64,000 nt of DNA from positions 48,165 through 112,164 of the forward strand of contig JBKHIT010000007.1 in assembly GCA_046538485.1 (NCBI GenBank), given 5' to 3'. This document shows positions 19,347 to 29,391 of this stretch, in pieces (the first letter of the stretch is position 1; the number at the start of each line of letters is the position of its first letter). The translations under genes were made by a program, and so were the position numbers. A model generated the notes under the pieces. The model ran no database searches. It saw only the letters and a list, made by a program, of their open reading frames with translations, and had not been told where the DNA came from. The stretch is from Candidatus Brocadiia bacterium. GTDB taxonomy: Bacteria > Planctomycetota > Brocadiia > SM23-32.

Positions 19347-21329
19347 ATGGTAATGCGTTGGTTCAGACGAAATAAGAAAATTTTGATGGCCGGACTCGTT
19401 GTGTTGCTTATGGTCAGCTGGGGCGCGCTCCCTGCTTTGCGGTCTATTGCCACGAGGAGCAAAGGCGTACGGGGTCAGATCCGGGGAGAAAAAGTAACCC
19501 AGATTGAACTCAATGAGGCCGCGCGGGATCTTCAAACACTCATAAAAACAGGTCTTGCGAGATTATTCCCCCGCCCGATCGGATCTTTCATTTTCCAGGG
19601 CGATCGTCCCCAGGCAAGCCTGGATGCTATTTGGCGTTATCTCGTTCTGGTGCGGGAAGCTAAAGCCGCCGGTATTAAAGTGACACAACAGGAGGTGCGG
19701 GGACTTCTTGCTCTGAGGTCCTTTGGAGATAATACGCAGGAACTGCGCGAAAAAATCGGAAAGCAACTCGAAGCCAATCCGGAAATCAATGCGGCTTTAC
19801 CGGAACTGTTTCGCATCAGCAAGCTGCTTTCCTACTGGCTCAGTTCTGTCCAGTTGAGTGATGCTGAGCTGTGGCTCAAGTATCGTTACGAGGGTGAAGC
19901 AGTCAAATTCAAGTTCGTCAAAATCAGCCCTGCGCCGTTCAAGGAACGAGTTGATGTGGAGACGGAAGAGCTCCGGCAGTTTTACGAAGAACATAAAGAT
20001 AAACGTCGCAATTTGTCTCAAGGGGTAGTGGGATACCAGGCCCCGAAACGTATTAAACTGGAGTTTGCTCTGGCTTCGTATGAGAAACTGGCAAAGAGCC
20101 AAACAGTTACAGATGAGGAAGTCGAGGTTTATTACGAGGAACATAAGAGCGAATTCGAGAAGGAAACAGAGCAAGAAGAGTCGTCTGAATCGGACTCTAA
20201 AACTGAGGCCGGGGAGGATCCAGAAAAGACCGAATCGGAGGGCGATTCGGGTGTCTCGACTGAAAATGGTGGAAACACGGAACAGATTGAGATCGGCGGC
20301 GAAACCGCGGAAGAAAAAGGACCTGTCTATAAACCGCTGGATGAGGTAAGTGACGAAATTCGCGAGAAAATCCGAGACAGAAAAGCGCGAGAAGCTGCCA
20401 GAGAGAAAGAAGAAAAAGTTTGGAAAGACCTCGCCAAAGTAGCCGACCGCTACGAGGATGAACCTTTACCGCTTGAGCAGATGGCTAAAAGGCATGATCT
20501 CGACTATGAGCTCGTAACGGTGGATGAGGAAAGGACGTACGTTTCTCAACAGGAACTGGCGGAAGTTCTGCCCGGAGGCCGAAGCCTGGCCGGGTCGATC
20601 TTTAGCGATAATCTTGAAGTCAACATTACCGCGCGGAAGGATACTTCGGAAGGGATGGTCATTTTCCAGGTGCTGGGCAAGCGACCACCGCGCCCGAAAC
20701 CGTATGAAGAAGTCACCGAGCAGGTCCGTGCAGATCTGATCGCCCAAAAAGCATTGGACCGGGCGAAGAAAGCAGGACTGAAACTCAAAGATAAAGCCCA
20801 GCAGAGTTCGTTAAAAGACGCTGTGGAAGAGATGGAAAAACGCCTGGTGAGTTTGCTTGGAAAACCCGGGGCTGCGGAGGAAGAAAAAATGGACGAGGAG
20901 GGGAAGGAGAAGACAGATGAAAGCGCAGGCCAAAAGGAAGCTGAAAAAGGTAAAACGGTGGAAGAATCGGCGGATGAAGAAAAAACAAAGAGTAAAGCCC
21001 GGTACCTGCGGGTTCAGGAGTCTGATTTCGTACAGCGAGGGAGCCCATACGTGGAGCAAATTGGCGTAGTCGTCGAAAATGTTGTGGAAACAGCATTCGA
21101 GCTGGAACGCAATCAGATTGAAACGGTGGTAGAAACAGGGGCTCAGTCGGCTTGTTACGTAATCCAGAAATTGGGGCAGCAAGAAGCTTCTCAGGAGGGT
21201 TTCCATCAGCGGGCGCAAATGCAAAAAATGCTCGGGAAATTCCGCCGTCAGCGACGTGCTATCGATAGTTTTCTGCAGCGCTTGATCGACGAATCTCCCG
21301 TTCCGGAGACCGAAAAAGAAGAGGAGTAG
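19347..21329 (+). CDS. PpiD/SurA N-terminal-domain membrane-anchored chaperone-like protein
   Basis: N-terminal MRWFRR + TM helix; VTDEEVEVYYEEHKSEF and YKPLDEVSDEIREKI are PpiD-like; acidic inserts. Confidence 0.65.
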   Translation: MVMRWFRRNKKILMAGLVVLLMVSWGALPALRSIATRSKGVRGQIRGEKVTQIELNEAARDLQTLIKTGLARLFPRPIGSFIFQGDRPQASLDAIWRYLVLVREAKAAGIKVTQQEVRGLLALRSFGDNTQELREKIGKQLEANPEINAALPELFRISKLLSYWLSSVQLSDAELWLKYRYEGEAVKFKFVKISPAPFKERVDVETEELRQFYEEHKDKRRNLSQGVVGYQAPKRIKLEFALASYEKLAKSQTVTDEEVEVYYEEHKSEFEKETEQEESSESDSKTEAGEDPEKTESEGDSGVSTENGGNTEQIEIGGETAEEKGPVYKPLDEVSDEIREKIRDRKAREAAREKEEKVWKDLAKVADRYEDEPLPLEQMAKRHDLDYELVTVDEERTYVSQQELAEVLPGGRSLAGSIFSDNLEVNITARKDTSEGMVIFQVLGKRPPRPKPYEEVTEQVRADLIAQKALDRAKKAGLKLKDKAQQSSLKDAVEEMEKRLVSLLGKPGAAEEEKMDEEGKEKTDESAGQKEAEKGKTVEESADEEKTKSKARYLRVQESDFVQRGSPYVEQIGVVVENVVETAFELERNQIETVVETGAQSACYVIQKLGQQEASQEGFHQRAQMQKMLGKFRRQRRAIDSFLQRLIDESPVPETEKEEE

Positions 21330-21334
21330 GTGCG

Positions 21335-22264
21335 ATGGAGGTGGTTCGATGGCCGGCGGAAAGCGATTGGCCATACGAGCGTGGCGCATGCACGCTGGGG
21401 GTTTTTGACGGTGTGCACCTGGGGCATCAAAAAGTTTTGTGGCGGGTCGTGGATGAGGCGAAAAGCCGGGGTATGCCTGCGGTGGTCATTACGTTTGATC
21501 GGCATCCTGGCCTGACTCTGGGGGAACCGGGTGAACCTTTCATTACAGCTCTGGAGCATCGGCTCTGCCTTTTCGAGGATCTCGGACTCGACGGCTGTGT
21601 GGTGATTGAGTTTGACGAAGAAGTTGCCCGGATTGGGGCCAGAGACTTTGCACGCAAAATGTTCGGTGACCTCATTGAGGCCAAAGTTGTCGTTATCGGG
21701 TTTGACTCGAAATTCGGGAAGGGAGGGGAAGGGGATATCGAGACGCTCAGGAATATGCAGGATGAGCTCGGTATCGAAGTTTACGAAGTTCCGTCCATAC
21801 GCGTTGATGGGGAAGTGGTTTCCAGCACGGCGATCCGAGAGGCTGTGCGAGAGGGGGACCTTGAACGGGCCGAGCGATTGTTGGGACGACCCTATTCAAT
21901 GTATGGAACGGTCGTCCACGGAGCGGGTCTCGGCCATGAGATGGATTGTCCGACGGCCAATCTCGAAGTGCACCATGAGCTTTTTCCAAAAGAAGGCGTT
22001 TATGCTACCTGGCTTCACTACAGGGGTAACCGTTGGGAATCGGTAACGAGTGTCGGAACACGGGAAACGATTGAGTGGTTGGACGAACATCCTCCTGTTA
22101 TTGAAGTTCATGTTTTGGGAAAAGAAGTCGATCTTTATGGGGAAGATGTGGAAGTGGTGTTCGTTGACTGGATTCGGGAACAACGTAAATATGAGAGGGT
22201 CCAGGAGTTGAAAGAACAACTTCCAAGAGACTGTGCGGCGGCGACCGAAAAGCTGAACCGTTGA
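21335..22264 (+). CDS. ribF: Bifunctional riboflavin kinase/FAD synthetase
   Basis: GVFDGVHLGHQ, VSSTAIR, PTAN, IEVHVL. Confidence 0.95.
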   Translation: MEVVRWPAESDWPYERGACTLGVFDGVHLGHQKVLWRVVDEAKSRGMPAVVITFDRHPGLTLGEPGEPFITALEHRLCLFEDLGLDGCVVIEFDEEVARIGARDFARKMFGDLIEAKVVVIGFDSKFGKGGEGDIETLRNMQDELGIEVYEVPSIRVDGEVVSSTAIREAVREGDLERAERLLGRPYSMYGTVVHGAGLGHEMDCPTANLEVHHELFPKEGVYATWLHYRGNRWESVTSVGTRETIEWLDEHPPVIEVHVLGKEVDLYGEDVEVVFVDWIREQRKYERVQELKEQLPRDCAAATEKLNR

Positions 22265-22277
22265 GAGGGGGTTTCGT

Positions 22278-22306
22278 TTGACAGTTCGGGGGACCGTTTG
22301 TATATT
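22278..22306 (+). promoter_or_regulatory. Sigma-70 promoter for gap
   Basis: TTGACA-17nt-TATATT. Confidence 0.65.
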
Positions 22307-22447
22307 CATCAAGGTGGGTGGTCATTCTTCGACACAGGGATTTAGAGAATGGCAGCACAGAAATGACCTTTGTATCTGTTTGTGTCGAAACTGACTGTGA
22401 GCGAGCAGAAAACTGGACTGCAACTTTCACTTTGAGGAGACGTAATT

Positions 22448-23458
22448 ATGGCTATCAGGGTTGGCATCAATGGCTTCGGCCGCATCGGCCGACTGGCATT
22501 TCGTTTGATGCGCGAAAGAGACAACTTTGAGGTCGTAGCGATCAATGACCTGTCAGGACCAGAGAACCTTGCTTATCTGCTGAAGTACGACAGTGTTCAT
22601 GGAAGGCTTGATGAAGAAGTGACGGCCACAGAAAATTCCATCGTGGTGGACGGCGATGAATATCCCGTTCTCTCGATCAAGGATCCGAAAGAGCTGCCCT
22701 GGGACGAAGAGGATGTGTATTTCGCAATTGAATCTACCGGCGTGTTTCGTAATCGTTCCAGTGAAAAAGGAGGTTATGGTGACCACCTGGAAGCGGGAGC
22801 TGAAAAAGTTCTCCTGACAGTCCCGGCGAAAGACGAGATCGACGCGACAATCGTCCTGGGCGTAAATGATGAGGAACTCGGTGCCGATGACCTGTGCCTT
22901 TCAAATGCATCTTGTACGACCAACTGCCTCGGCCCGATCACAAAAGTGTTGAACGACGAATTCGGGATCGAAAAAGCGCTGATGACGACCTGCCACGGTT
23001 ACACGAACAATCAATCAACATGTGACCAGATCCACTCGAAAATGCGTCGTGGCCGCGCAGCTGCGGTGAATATTATTCCCACGACGACAGGCGCTGCGAA
23101 GGCTATCGGTAAAGTGATCAGTGAACTGGATGGTAAGATTGATGGAATGGCTCTGCGAGTGCCCGTGCCCTGCGGGTCCATCGTGGATCTTGTGGCATCA
23201 GTGGGGCGCGAAACCTCTGTCGAAGAGGTCAATGAGGCGATGAAAAAGGCTGCCGATGGTCCGATGAAGGGGATTCTGGAGTATTCGGAGGACCCGCTTG
23301 TCAGCACCGATATCCTCGATAATCCCGCCAGTTCGATTCTTGATTCTGAGCAGACTATGGTCGTCGGTAACCTGGTCAAGGTGCTCAGCTGGTACGACAA
23401 CGAGTGCGGATATTCCACCCGGGTCATCGATCTTATGGAGAAAGCGGCCGCGCTCTAA
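22448..23458 (+). CDS. gap: Glyceraldehyde-3-phosphate dehydrogenase, type I
   Basis: GINGFGRIGR, SNASCTTNCL, WYDNE. Confidence 0.98.
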   Translation: MAIRVGINGFGRIGRLAFRLMRERDNFEVVAINDLSGPENLAYLLKYDSVHGRLDEEVTATENSIVVDGDEYPVLSIKDPKELPWDEEDVYFAIESTGVFRNRSSEKGGYGDHLEAGAEKVLLTVPAKDEIDATIVLGVNDEELGADDLCLSNASCTTNCLGPITKVLNDEFGIEKALMTTCHGYTNNQSTCDQIHSKMRRGRAAAVNIIPTTTGAAKAIGKVISELDGKIDGMALRVPVPCGSIVDLVASVGRETSVEEVNEAMKKAADGPMKGILEYSEDPLVSTDILDNPASSILDSEQTMVVGNLVKVLSWYDNECGYSTRVIDLMEKAAAL

Positions 23459-23499
23459 CGGTTGCCAATCCAGAAATATCAGCACTGAAATGAATAAGC

Positions 23500-23533
23500 A
23501 AAAAGGATGCCTCCAGGCGAGGCGTCCTTTTTC
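23500..23533 (+). terminator. Intrinsic terminator after gap
   Basis: AAAAGGATGCCTC-CAGGC-GAGGCGTCCTTTTT. Confidence 0.65.
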
Positions 23534-23719
23534 TTAGTCGGAACGGCAGAAAGAAAGTTCCAGTATTGCGAGCGCGATGCCCATCGGCGCAGGGTTTGCG
23601 GATCCCGAAAATATTTAATACCGTTGTGGTGACCGTAATCTTCCCATCGTTAAGGAATACAACAAAAGTGGGCAGCAGCCAGAGTGGCAAACTGTCTACC
23701 AGGTCCAGGAGAAAAAGAA

Positions 23720-24892
23720 ATGAAGACTATTGAGGATTTGGCAGATTCTATTGGCGGGAAACGCGTGCTTATGCGCGTGGATTTTAACCTGCCGCTCGAT
23801 AAGGAAACCGGTGAGATCACAAACGACCTGCGCATCCGACAGGCCCTGCCCACCGTCCAGTACGCCCTCAAGCGAAATGCTCGGACAATCTGCATGAGTC
23901 ATCTGGGACGTCCGAAAGGCGAAAAAGACCCGGCGCTGAGTCTCGAACCCGTTGCCGAGCGGTTTTCGGAGCTGCTGGGCGCTCCGGTGAAATTCGCTCC
24001 CGACTGCGTGGGAAACGAAGTTGAGGAGATGGTGAACGAGCTTGAAGACGGTGAAGTCTTGCTGCTTGAGAACCTGCGGTTCCATGCCGGAGAAAAAGCC
24101 AACGACGAAGATTTCGCGCAGTCACTGGCCTCTCTCGGGGACTATTTTGTGAACGATGCTTTTGGAACCGCGCACCGAGCGCATGCCTCGACGGTCGGCG
24201 TGGCACAGAATCTGCCGGCCGTGGCGGGATTCCTCATCGAAAAGGAGGTCGATGTTTTGTCAACCGTTTTGAAGAATCCCGAGAAACCGTTTGTGGCGGT
24301 TATGGGCGGTGCCAAGGTCAGCGACAAGATCGAAGCAATACGAAACCTGCTCAAACTGGCGGACCGGCTGCTCGTGGGTGGTGCGATGGCTTACACGTTT
24401 CTCAAAAGTCAGGGTAGAGATATCGGCAATTCGATGGTCGAGGATGAGAAACTTGATCTGGCCGGGGAGCTTCTGGCGGAAAGCGGCGAGAAAATCAGGC
24501 TCCCAATCGACCACGTCTGTGCCGAGGAGATCAACGAGGATGTGGAACCGCAGACGGTCGGTGTGGTCGATATACCCGACGGTCTGATTGGGCTTGACAT
24601 CGGTCCCCAGACCGCGGAACTCTACGCTCAAGAGGTCCGACAGGCCCGGACGGTGACCTGGAACGGGCCCCTCGGCTATTTTGAGATCGATGCCTTTTCT
24701 GAAGGGACTCGCTCTCTCGCGCGCGCCGTGGCAGAATGCGATGGAATGACAGTTGTTGGCGGTGGAGAGACCGGGGAGAGCGTGGAAGAACTCGGCCTGC
24801 AGGATGAAGTCAGCCATGTTTCCACGGGCGGTGGTGCTTGTCTGGAGTTTCTTTCTGGCAACGAACTGCCGGCTCTGGCCGTTCTGAAATAA
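23720..24892 (+). CDS. pgk: Phosphoglycerate kinase
   Basis: RVDFNLP, SHLGRP, LLENLRF, DAFGTAHRAHAS, STGGGA; AGGAG RBS before ATG 23720. Confidence 0.98.
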   Translation: MKTIEDLADSIGGKRVLMRVDFNLPLDKETGEITNDLRIRQALPTVQYALKRNARTICMSHLGRPKGEKDPALSLEPVAERFSELLGAPVKFAPDCVGNEVEEMVNELEDGEVLLLENLRFHAGEKANDEDFAQSLASLGDYFVNDAFGTAHRAHASTVGVAQNLPAVAGFLIEKEVDVLSTVLKNPEKPFVAVMGGAKVSDKIEAIRNLLKLADRLLVGGAMAYTFLKSQGRDIGNSMVEDEKLDLAGELLAESGEKIRLPIDHVCAEEINEDVEPQTVGVVDIPDGLIGLDIGPQTAELYAQEVRQARTVTWNGPLGYFEIDAFSEGTRSLARAVAECDGMTVVGGGETGESVEELGLQDEVSHVSTGGGACLEFLSGNELPALAVLK

Positions 24893-24904
24893 GGAACATT
24901 TATT

Positions 24905-25579
24905 GTGACCCCGATACCGGATATAAAGATTGCGCCGGCCATCATGGATTCGGATCTGGCGCACCTGGCCCGTTCCCTCCAGGAGGTGGAATCGGGCGGG
25001 GCCGATCTGATCCACGTCGACATTATGGATGGCCACTTTGTGCCGTCGTTTGTCGGCGGACCGCGGGTTCTGGCCGCGATGGATGCCAGCACGCAGCTGC
25101 CCCTTGATGTGCACTTGATGGTGAGCAATCCCGATACGGCGGTCGACTGGTTTTTGGAAGCGGGAGCGGATATTATTTTGTTCCATCCAGAGACCAGTGA
25201 AGATCCAATGGAAGTGATAGATCGAATCCACGAGGCCGATTCGCGTGCCGGTTTGGCCTTGAAACCAAAAGAGCCTGCGCTTGTTATTGAGCCCTTCGCG
25301 GATAAAATCGAATGCGTAATGGCGATGACCGTGGAACCGGGATTCAGCGGACAAAAATTTATGGAAGAAGGATGCCGCAAAATTCCGGAATTGCGTGAAA
25401 TGTGCGGAAACAATGTAGACGTATATGTTGATGGTGGTATTAATGGGGAAACCGCTCCTGTTGCCGTGAAATACGGTGCCAATGTTCTTGCGGCCGCAAG
25501 TGCAATTTTTTCCGCAGAGATTGCTCCGCCCCGGGCAATAAGTTATCTGAGAAAAGTGGCCGAGGAAGCACGCCAGTAG
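24905..25579 (+). CDS. rpe: Ribulose-phosphate 3-epimerase
   Basis: IHVDIMDGHFVP, DVHLMV, MTVEPGFSGQKF, VDGGIN. Confidence 0.95.
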   Translation: MTPIPDIKIAPAIMDSDLAHLARSLQEVESGGADLIHVDIMDGHFVPSFVGGPRVLAAMDASTQLPLDVHLMVSNPDTAVDWFLEAGADIILFHPETSEDPMEVIDRIHEADSRAGLALKPKEPALVIEPFADKIECVMAMTVEPGFSGQKFMEEGCRKIPELREMCGNNVDVYVDGGINGETAPVAVKYGANVLAAASAIFSAEIAPPRAISYLRKVAEEARQ

Positions 25580-25603
25580 ATTTTATTTGAGGCTTGAATC
25601 GAC

Positions 25604-26449
25604 ATGCGATTTTTTCGCAAAAAAAAGCCTGTCCCGGACGGCATTTTTATGAAATGCGAGGGTTGCGGTGAAATGGTGTACCGCAAGAATGTCGAGGAAG
25701 GCCTTCAGGTTTGTCCTGAATGTAATTACCATTTCCCGATTGGGGCCTGGGACAGAGTTCGGATGCATACAGATGAGGGCTCTTTTGTGGAGTTTGGGCG
25801 GGAACTCATAACGGCCGATCCGCTGAATTTTGTGGCGGAAAAAGCTTACGCTGACCAGATCGAATCCGATGTTGAAACAACCGACCTCAACGAGGCGATT
25901 GTCTGCGGAGAGTGCAGAATTGAGAATATCCATGTGGTATTTGCCTCCATGGATTTTGGTTTCCGGGGCGGGAGCATGGGCAGCGTGGTCGGAGAAAAAG
26001 TGACACGCGCCGCGGAACGTTCTCTTGAAAAAAAGATACCCCTGGTAACGGTCTCCAGTTCCGGGGGAGCCAGAATGCAGGAAGGTGCGCTGAGTCTGAT
26101 GCAGATGGCAAAAACCTGTGCGGCGCTGCAAAGGTTGGGAGATGCGCGGATCCCCTACATCAGCGTGATGGCGCACCCGACAACAGGCGGGGTGACGGCA
26201 AGCTGGGCATCGATGGGCGATGTGATCATTGCAGAACCGGGGGCTCTGATCGGTTTTGCCGGGCGGCGTGTCATCGAGCAAACTGTGAAAGAGGAATTGC
26301 CAGAAGATTTTCAGACGGCTGAATTCCTGATGGAACATGGTTTTCTGGATAAAATCGTCCAGCGGAACGATATCAAAAAAACGGTGGCAGGAATCCTTGA
26401 CTATCTGGATTCTGACGGATCCTCGAGAGCCGGGGAAGCTTCGGGATAG
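25604..26449 (+). CDS. accD: Acetyl-CoA carboxylase carboxyltransferase beta subunit
   Basis: CxxC...CxxC zinc ribbon, GGSMGSVVGEK, SGGARMQEG, GFAGRRVI. Confidence 0.96.
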   Translation: MRFFRKKKPVPDGIFMKCEGCGEMVYRKNVEEGLQVCPECNYHFPIGAWDRVRMHTDEGSFVEFGRELITADPLNFVAEKAYADQIESDVETTDLNEAIVCGECRIENIHVVFASMDFGFRGGSMGSVVGEKVTRAAERSLEKKIPLVTVSSSGGARMQEGALSLMQMAKTCAALQRLGDARIPYISVMAHPTTGGVTASWASMGDVIIAEPGALIGFAGRRVIEQTVKEELPEDFQTAEFLMEHGFLDKIVQRNDIKKTVAGILDYLDSDGSSRAGEASG

Positions 26450-27204
26450 CGTGAGGGATGGCGCAGCTGGTACGAGACGTGAACCTGGTCGAGTTTATAA
26501 TCCACTGTAAGAGCATACATAATTGCGTTGATGGCCAGGCGCATTGCTTTCTCCCGATCGGAAGATTTTCCCGAATCGAGTTTATATGTCCATTGACCCT
26601 CGCCTTTGCCTTCAAGAGCTCCGGAAAGATCGTTCGGTGAATAAATCAAACACGCCCGGCCGTCCACTGTGATCGCTTCAAGGTTGGGATCAACTTCAAA
26701 CCGACCGACGGCTTCTTTGAGGTAGTAGAAGGAATGGTAGACCGCGTGTTCTTCCGGCAACGGTTTCAGTGTCCGAGCAGGGAAAATACGTTTTAATTCT
26801 CGCGTAAGGGAAGCTTTAAAAGGGGAATTTTCTTTTCCCGAGCCATCATCTGCGAAAATCGTCCCACCAAAACGCAAAAAACGCCGCAAATGTTTCACGC
26901 TTTTTTCGGAAAAGGAGTCAAAAGCTCGGTTCCCATTCATCCACAGAAATGGATGATCGAAAAGCTCGTCTCTCATTGGGGCAACAGGCACGGGTTCGAA
27001 AGCAACTTTGATGCTGGTTCGGAGGTCTATTTCAGAGAGAATTCTTTGGGGCGTAAAGGGGCGACTATTCCAGCCGCCGTTGTGGCGCAGGAGAGCGAAT
27101 TTGAACAGACTCGCATCTCCCATGGCAGCGACACGCCGCAAGATGGGGACGGTTCCACCAGCGCTCATGATGACGGCTTTTAGAAATTGGCGGCGTGTGG
27201 TCAT
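26401..27204 (-). CDS. DUF4159-like protein with Tat signal
   Basis: TTRRQFLK twin-arginine motif; HPFLWMNG, LRRFLRFGGTIFADD, YSPNDL, NAIMYALT. The 3' end overlaps accD convergently. Confidence 0.75.
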   Translation of the reverse strand: MTTRRQFLKAVIMSAGGTVPILRRVAAMGDASLFKFALLRHNGGWNSRPFTPQRILSEIDLRTSIKVAFEPVPVAPMRDELFDHPFLWMNGNRAFDSFSEKSVKHLRRFLRFGGTIFADDGSGKENSPFKASLTRELKRIFPARTLKPLPEEHAVYHSFYYLKEAVGRFEVDPNLEAITVDGRACLIYSPNDLSGALEGKGEGQWTYKLDSGKSSDREKAMRLAINAIMYALTVDYKLDQVHVSYQLRHPSRYPEASPALEDPSESR

Positions 27205-27409
27205 ATATGTCTCCTTTTCTATCTGCCTATGGTATGTCCTGAACGGATTTACCGCAAGGTGGCTGCGGCTGTCTTTTTCCGCAAACTTGCGTGTTTAGAC
27301 GAGGGGACGTACAATACAGGTAGTATTGGCTTATGGGCCTTCTTGAATAGGAGGATTTCCGGCGGGAAGTTGTGGTGTAATTTTCCCTGGATTGAGAAAG
27401 ACGGAAGTC

Positions 27410-27784
27410 ATGTTTGAGCTTCAACTTGAAGGACATTTTTCAGCAGCACACCGGCTCAGAGAATATGAAGGAGCCTGTGAGAAACTTCATGGTCACAACT
27501 ACCGCGTGCAGGTTTTCCTGCGAGGCGCCGAGTTGAACGATTTGGGCATGTTGATCGATTTTGGGGACGCCAGGGAGGCGCTGGACGCCGTTCTTGGGCG
27601 ACTGGATCACGAGTATCTCAACGAGATAGAACCGTTTGATGAGTTGAATCCCAGCACCGAACATATCGCCCGGCACGTGGCAGAAAGTCTTGACGATCGG
27701 TTTCCTGCGGGAGTGAGTGTCGTGCGCGTGACATGTTGGGAATCGGAAAAGTCCGCAGCCAGTTACTTAAAAGAAGGGAATTGA
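27410..27784 (+). CDS. queD: 6-carboxy-5,6,7,8-tetrahydropterin synthase
   Basis: FSAAHRL, CEKLHGHNY, LDHEYLN, PSTEHIA, WES. Confidence 0.93.
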   Translation: MFELQLEGHFSAAHRLREYEGACEKLHGHNYRVQVFLRGAELNDLGMLIDFGDAREALDAVLGRLDHEYLNEIEPFDELNPSTEHIARHVAESLDDRFPAGVSVVRVTCWESEKSAASYLKEGN

Positions 27785-27817
27785 CGATAATAGCATCACG
27801 AAACTGAGAGTGAAATA

Positions 27818-28333
27818 ATGGCTTCGGACAAAAAAAAATGTGATATTTGTGGAAGACGCGAGGCGACGATTCACCTCACCGATTTTGTCGATGGACAACC
27901 TGTGGAAAGGGATTTGTGCGAAGAATGTTATGCGGAGCAAGATGGAGTCCCGCCAGTTTCATCGTCGCAGATTTTCCAGCAGCTTGTGGGGGCCCTGGCC
28001 CCTGAACTGGAGGAAGCTACGAACAAAAAATGTCCTGAGTGCGGTATCTCATATCTTGAGTTTCGTCAGACCTTGAGGTTTGGTTGTCCCAATGATTACG
28101 AATTTTTTAGCGAGCAGCTGGATGATTTGCTTAAGCAGTTGCATGGTGCGACCCGACATGTCGGTCGACTCCCCAGCGGTGCGGCGCAACGGGGAAGTTC
28201 GCAAGCTCGCATCCAGGTGCTTAAGCGGGAGCTGGATGAAGCTGTCGAGCGGGAAGATTTTGAGAAAGCAGCTCGTTTTAGAGATCGGATTCAAGAATTG
28301 GAGCAAGACAGTGATCGAAACGTTGAGAAATAA
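27818..28333 (+). CDS. mcsA: Arginine kinase activator McsA (CxxC motifs + UVR domain)
   Basis: CDIC, LCEEC, CPECG, FGCPNDY; EDFEKAARFRDRI. Confidence 0.9.
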   Translation: MASDKKKCDICGRREATIHLTDFVDGQPVERDLCEECYAEQDGVPPVSSSQIFQQLVGALAPELEEATNKKCPECGISYLEFRQTLRFGCPNDYEFFSEQLDDLLKQLHGATRHVGRLPSGAAQRGSSQARIQVLKRELDEAVEREDFEKAARFRDRIQELEQDSDRNVEK

Positions 28334-29357
28334 AATGGGAGAGTGGCTGAGCGGTGGCCCGGAGGAAGACGTGGTCATAAGCAGCCGGATCCGATTGGCC
28401 CGAAATGTTTCGGAGTATCCCTTTATTTCCCGAGCGAGTGGCCGTGAGGTCGCTCGAATCGAAGAGGTACTTCATAACAAGATTATGAAAGCGGACTTCG
28501 GTGAATCCGTTCAGTACTATCGGTTAGATCGGCTTGATCCCGTCTATCGGGAACTGCTTGTGGAACGGCATCTGATAGGTCTCAACCATGCCGAAGCGGA
28601 TTGGGTCCGAGGGGTGGCGTTTAACGAGGACGAGCGGATGAGCCTGCTGGTGAATGAAGAAGATCATCTTCGCATGCAAGCCATACGCGGCGGGCTTCGT
28701 CTGAGAGAGGCATGTAAGAGAGTTTTTGATGTCGAAGCCATCCTGGCAGAAATGGTCCCTTTTGCATTTTCAGCCCGATACGGCTATCTGACTGCTTGCC
28801 CGACAAATGTGGGTACGGGGATGCGAGCAAGCGTAATGCTGCATTTGCCCGCTCTGGTGATGTCCCGCGAAATGGACAAAGTTTTGCAGCTTTCACAAGA
28901 AGACGGCCTCATTGTGCGAGGATTATATGGAGAGGGAACTCAAGCTTCGGCGGACCTTTATCAGATTTCGAATCAGTTGTCTTTGGGCGTGACGGAAGAG
29001 GAAGTGTTGCAGGCGGTCTCGGTCGCAACGGAGCAGGTGGTTGAGCTGGAGCGGGAATCGCGAGAGGACCTGGCTAAACGGTACCAGAAGCGGCTTTCGG
29101 AACGGATTGATCGGGCATATAGGTTGTTGAAATCGGCGTCGATGATATCTTCTGAAGAAGCCTTGAATTTGCTTTCGCAGGTGCGCATGGGAATCGAACT
29201 TGGATTGGTTAAACAGATCGATGACGAAACGGTTCGGGAGCTGGTTCTCTTGACTTTGCCTGCGCATCTTCAGACAATGGTACAAGGTAAGGAAACTGAT
29301 AGGTTGGAGCGTAACGAACTGAGAGCATCATATCTCAGAGAACGCCTTATTAATTGA
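28311..29357 (+). CDS. mcsB: Protein arginine kinase McsB
   Basis: SSRIRLARN, NEEDHLR, ACPTNVGTGMRASVMLHLP; GTG at 28311 with GGAG RBS. Confidence 0.93.
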   Translation: MIETLRNKMGEWLSGGPEEDVVISSRIRLARNVSEYPFISRASGREVARIEEVLHNKIMKADFGESVQYYRLDRLDPVYRELLVERHLIGLNHAEADWVRGVAFNEDERMSLLVNEEDHLRMQAIRGGLRLREACKRVFDVEAILAEMVPFAFSARYGYLTACPTNVGTGMRASVMLHLPALVMSREMDKVLQLSQEDGLIVRGLYGEGTQASADLYQISNQLSLGVTEEEVLQAVSVATEQVVELERESREDLAKRYQKRLSERIDRAYRLLKSASMISSEEALNLLSQVRMGIELGLVKQIDDETVRELVLLTLPAHLQTMVQGKETDRLERNELRASYLRERLIN

Positions 29358-29391
29358 ATATAAGCGGTCATTCGGAGACTGAGAAAAAAAG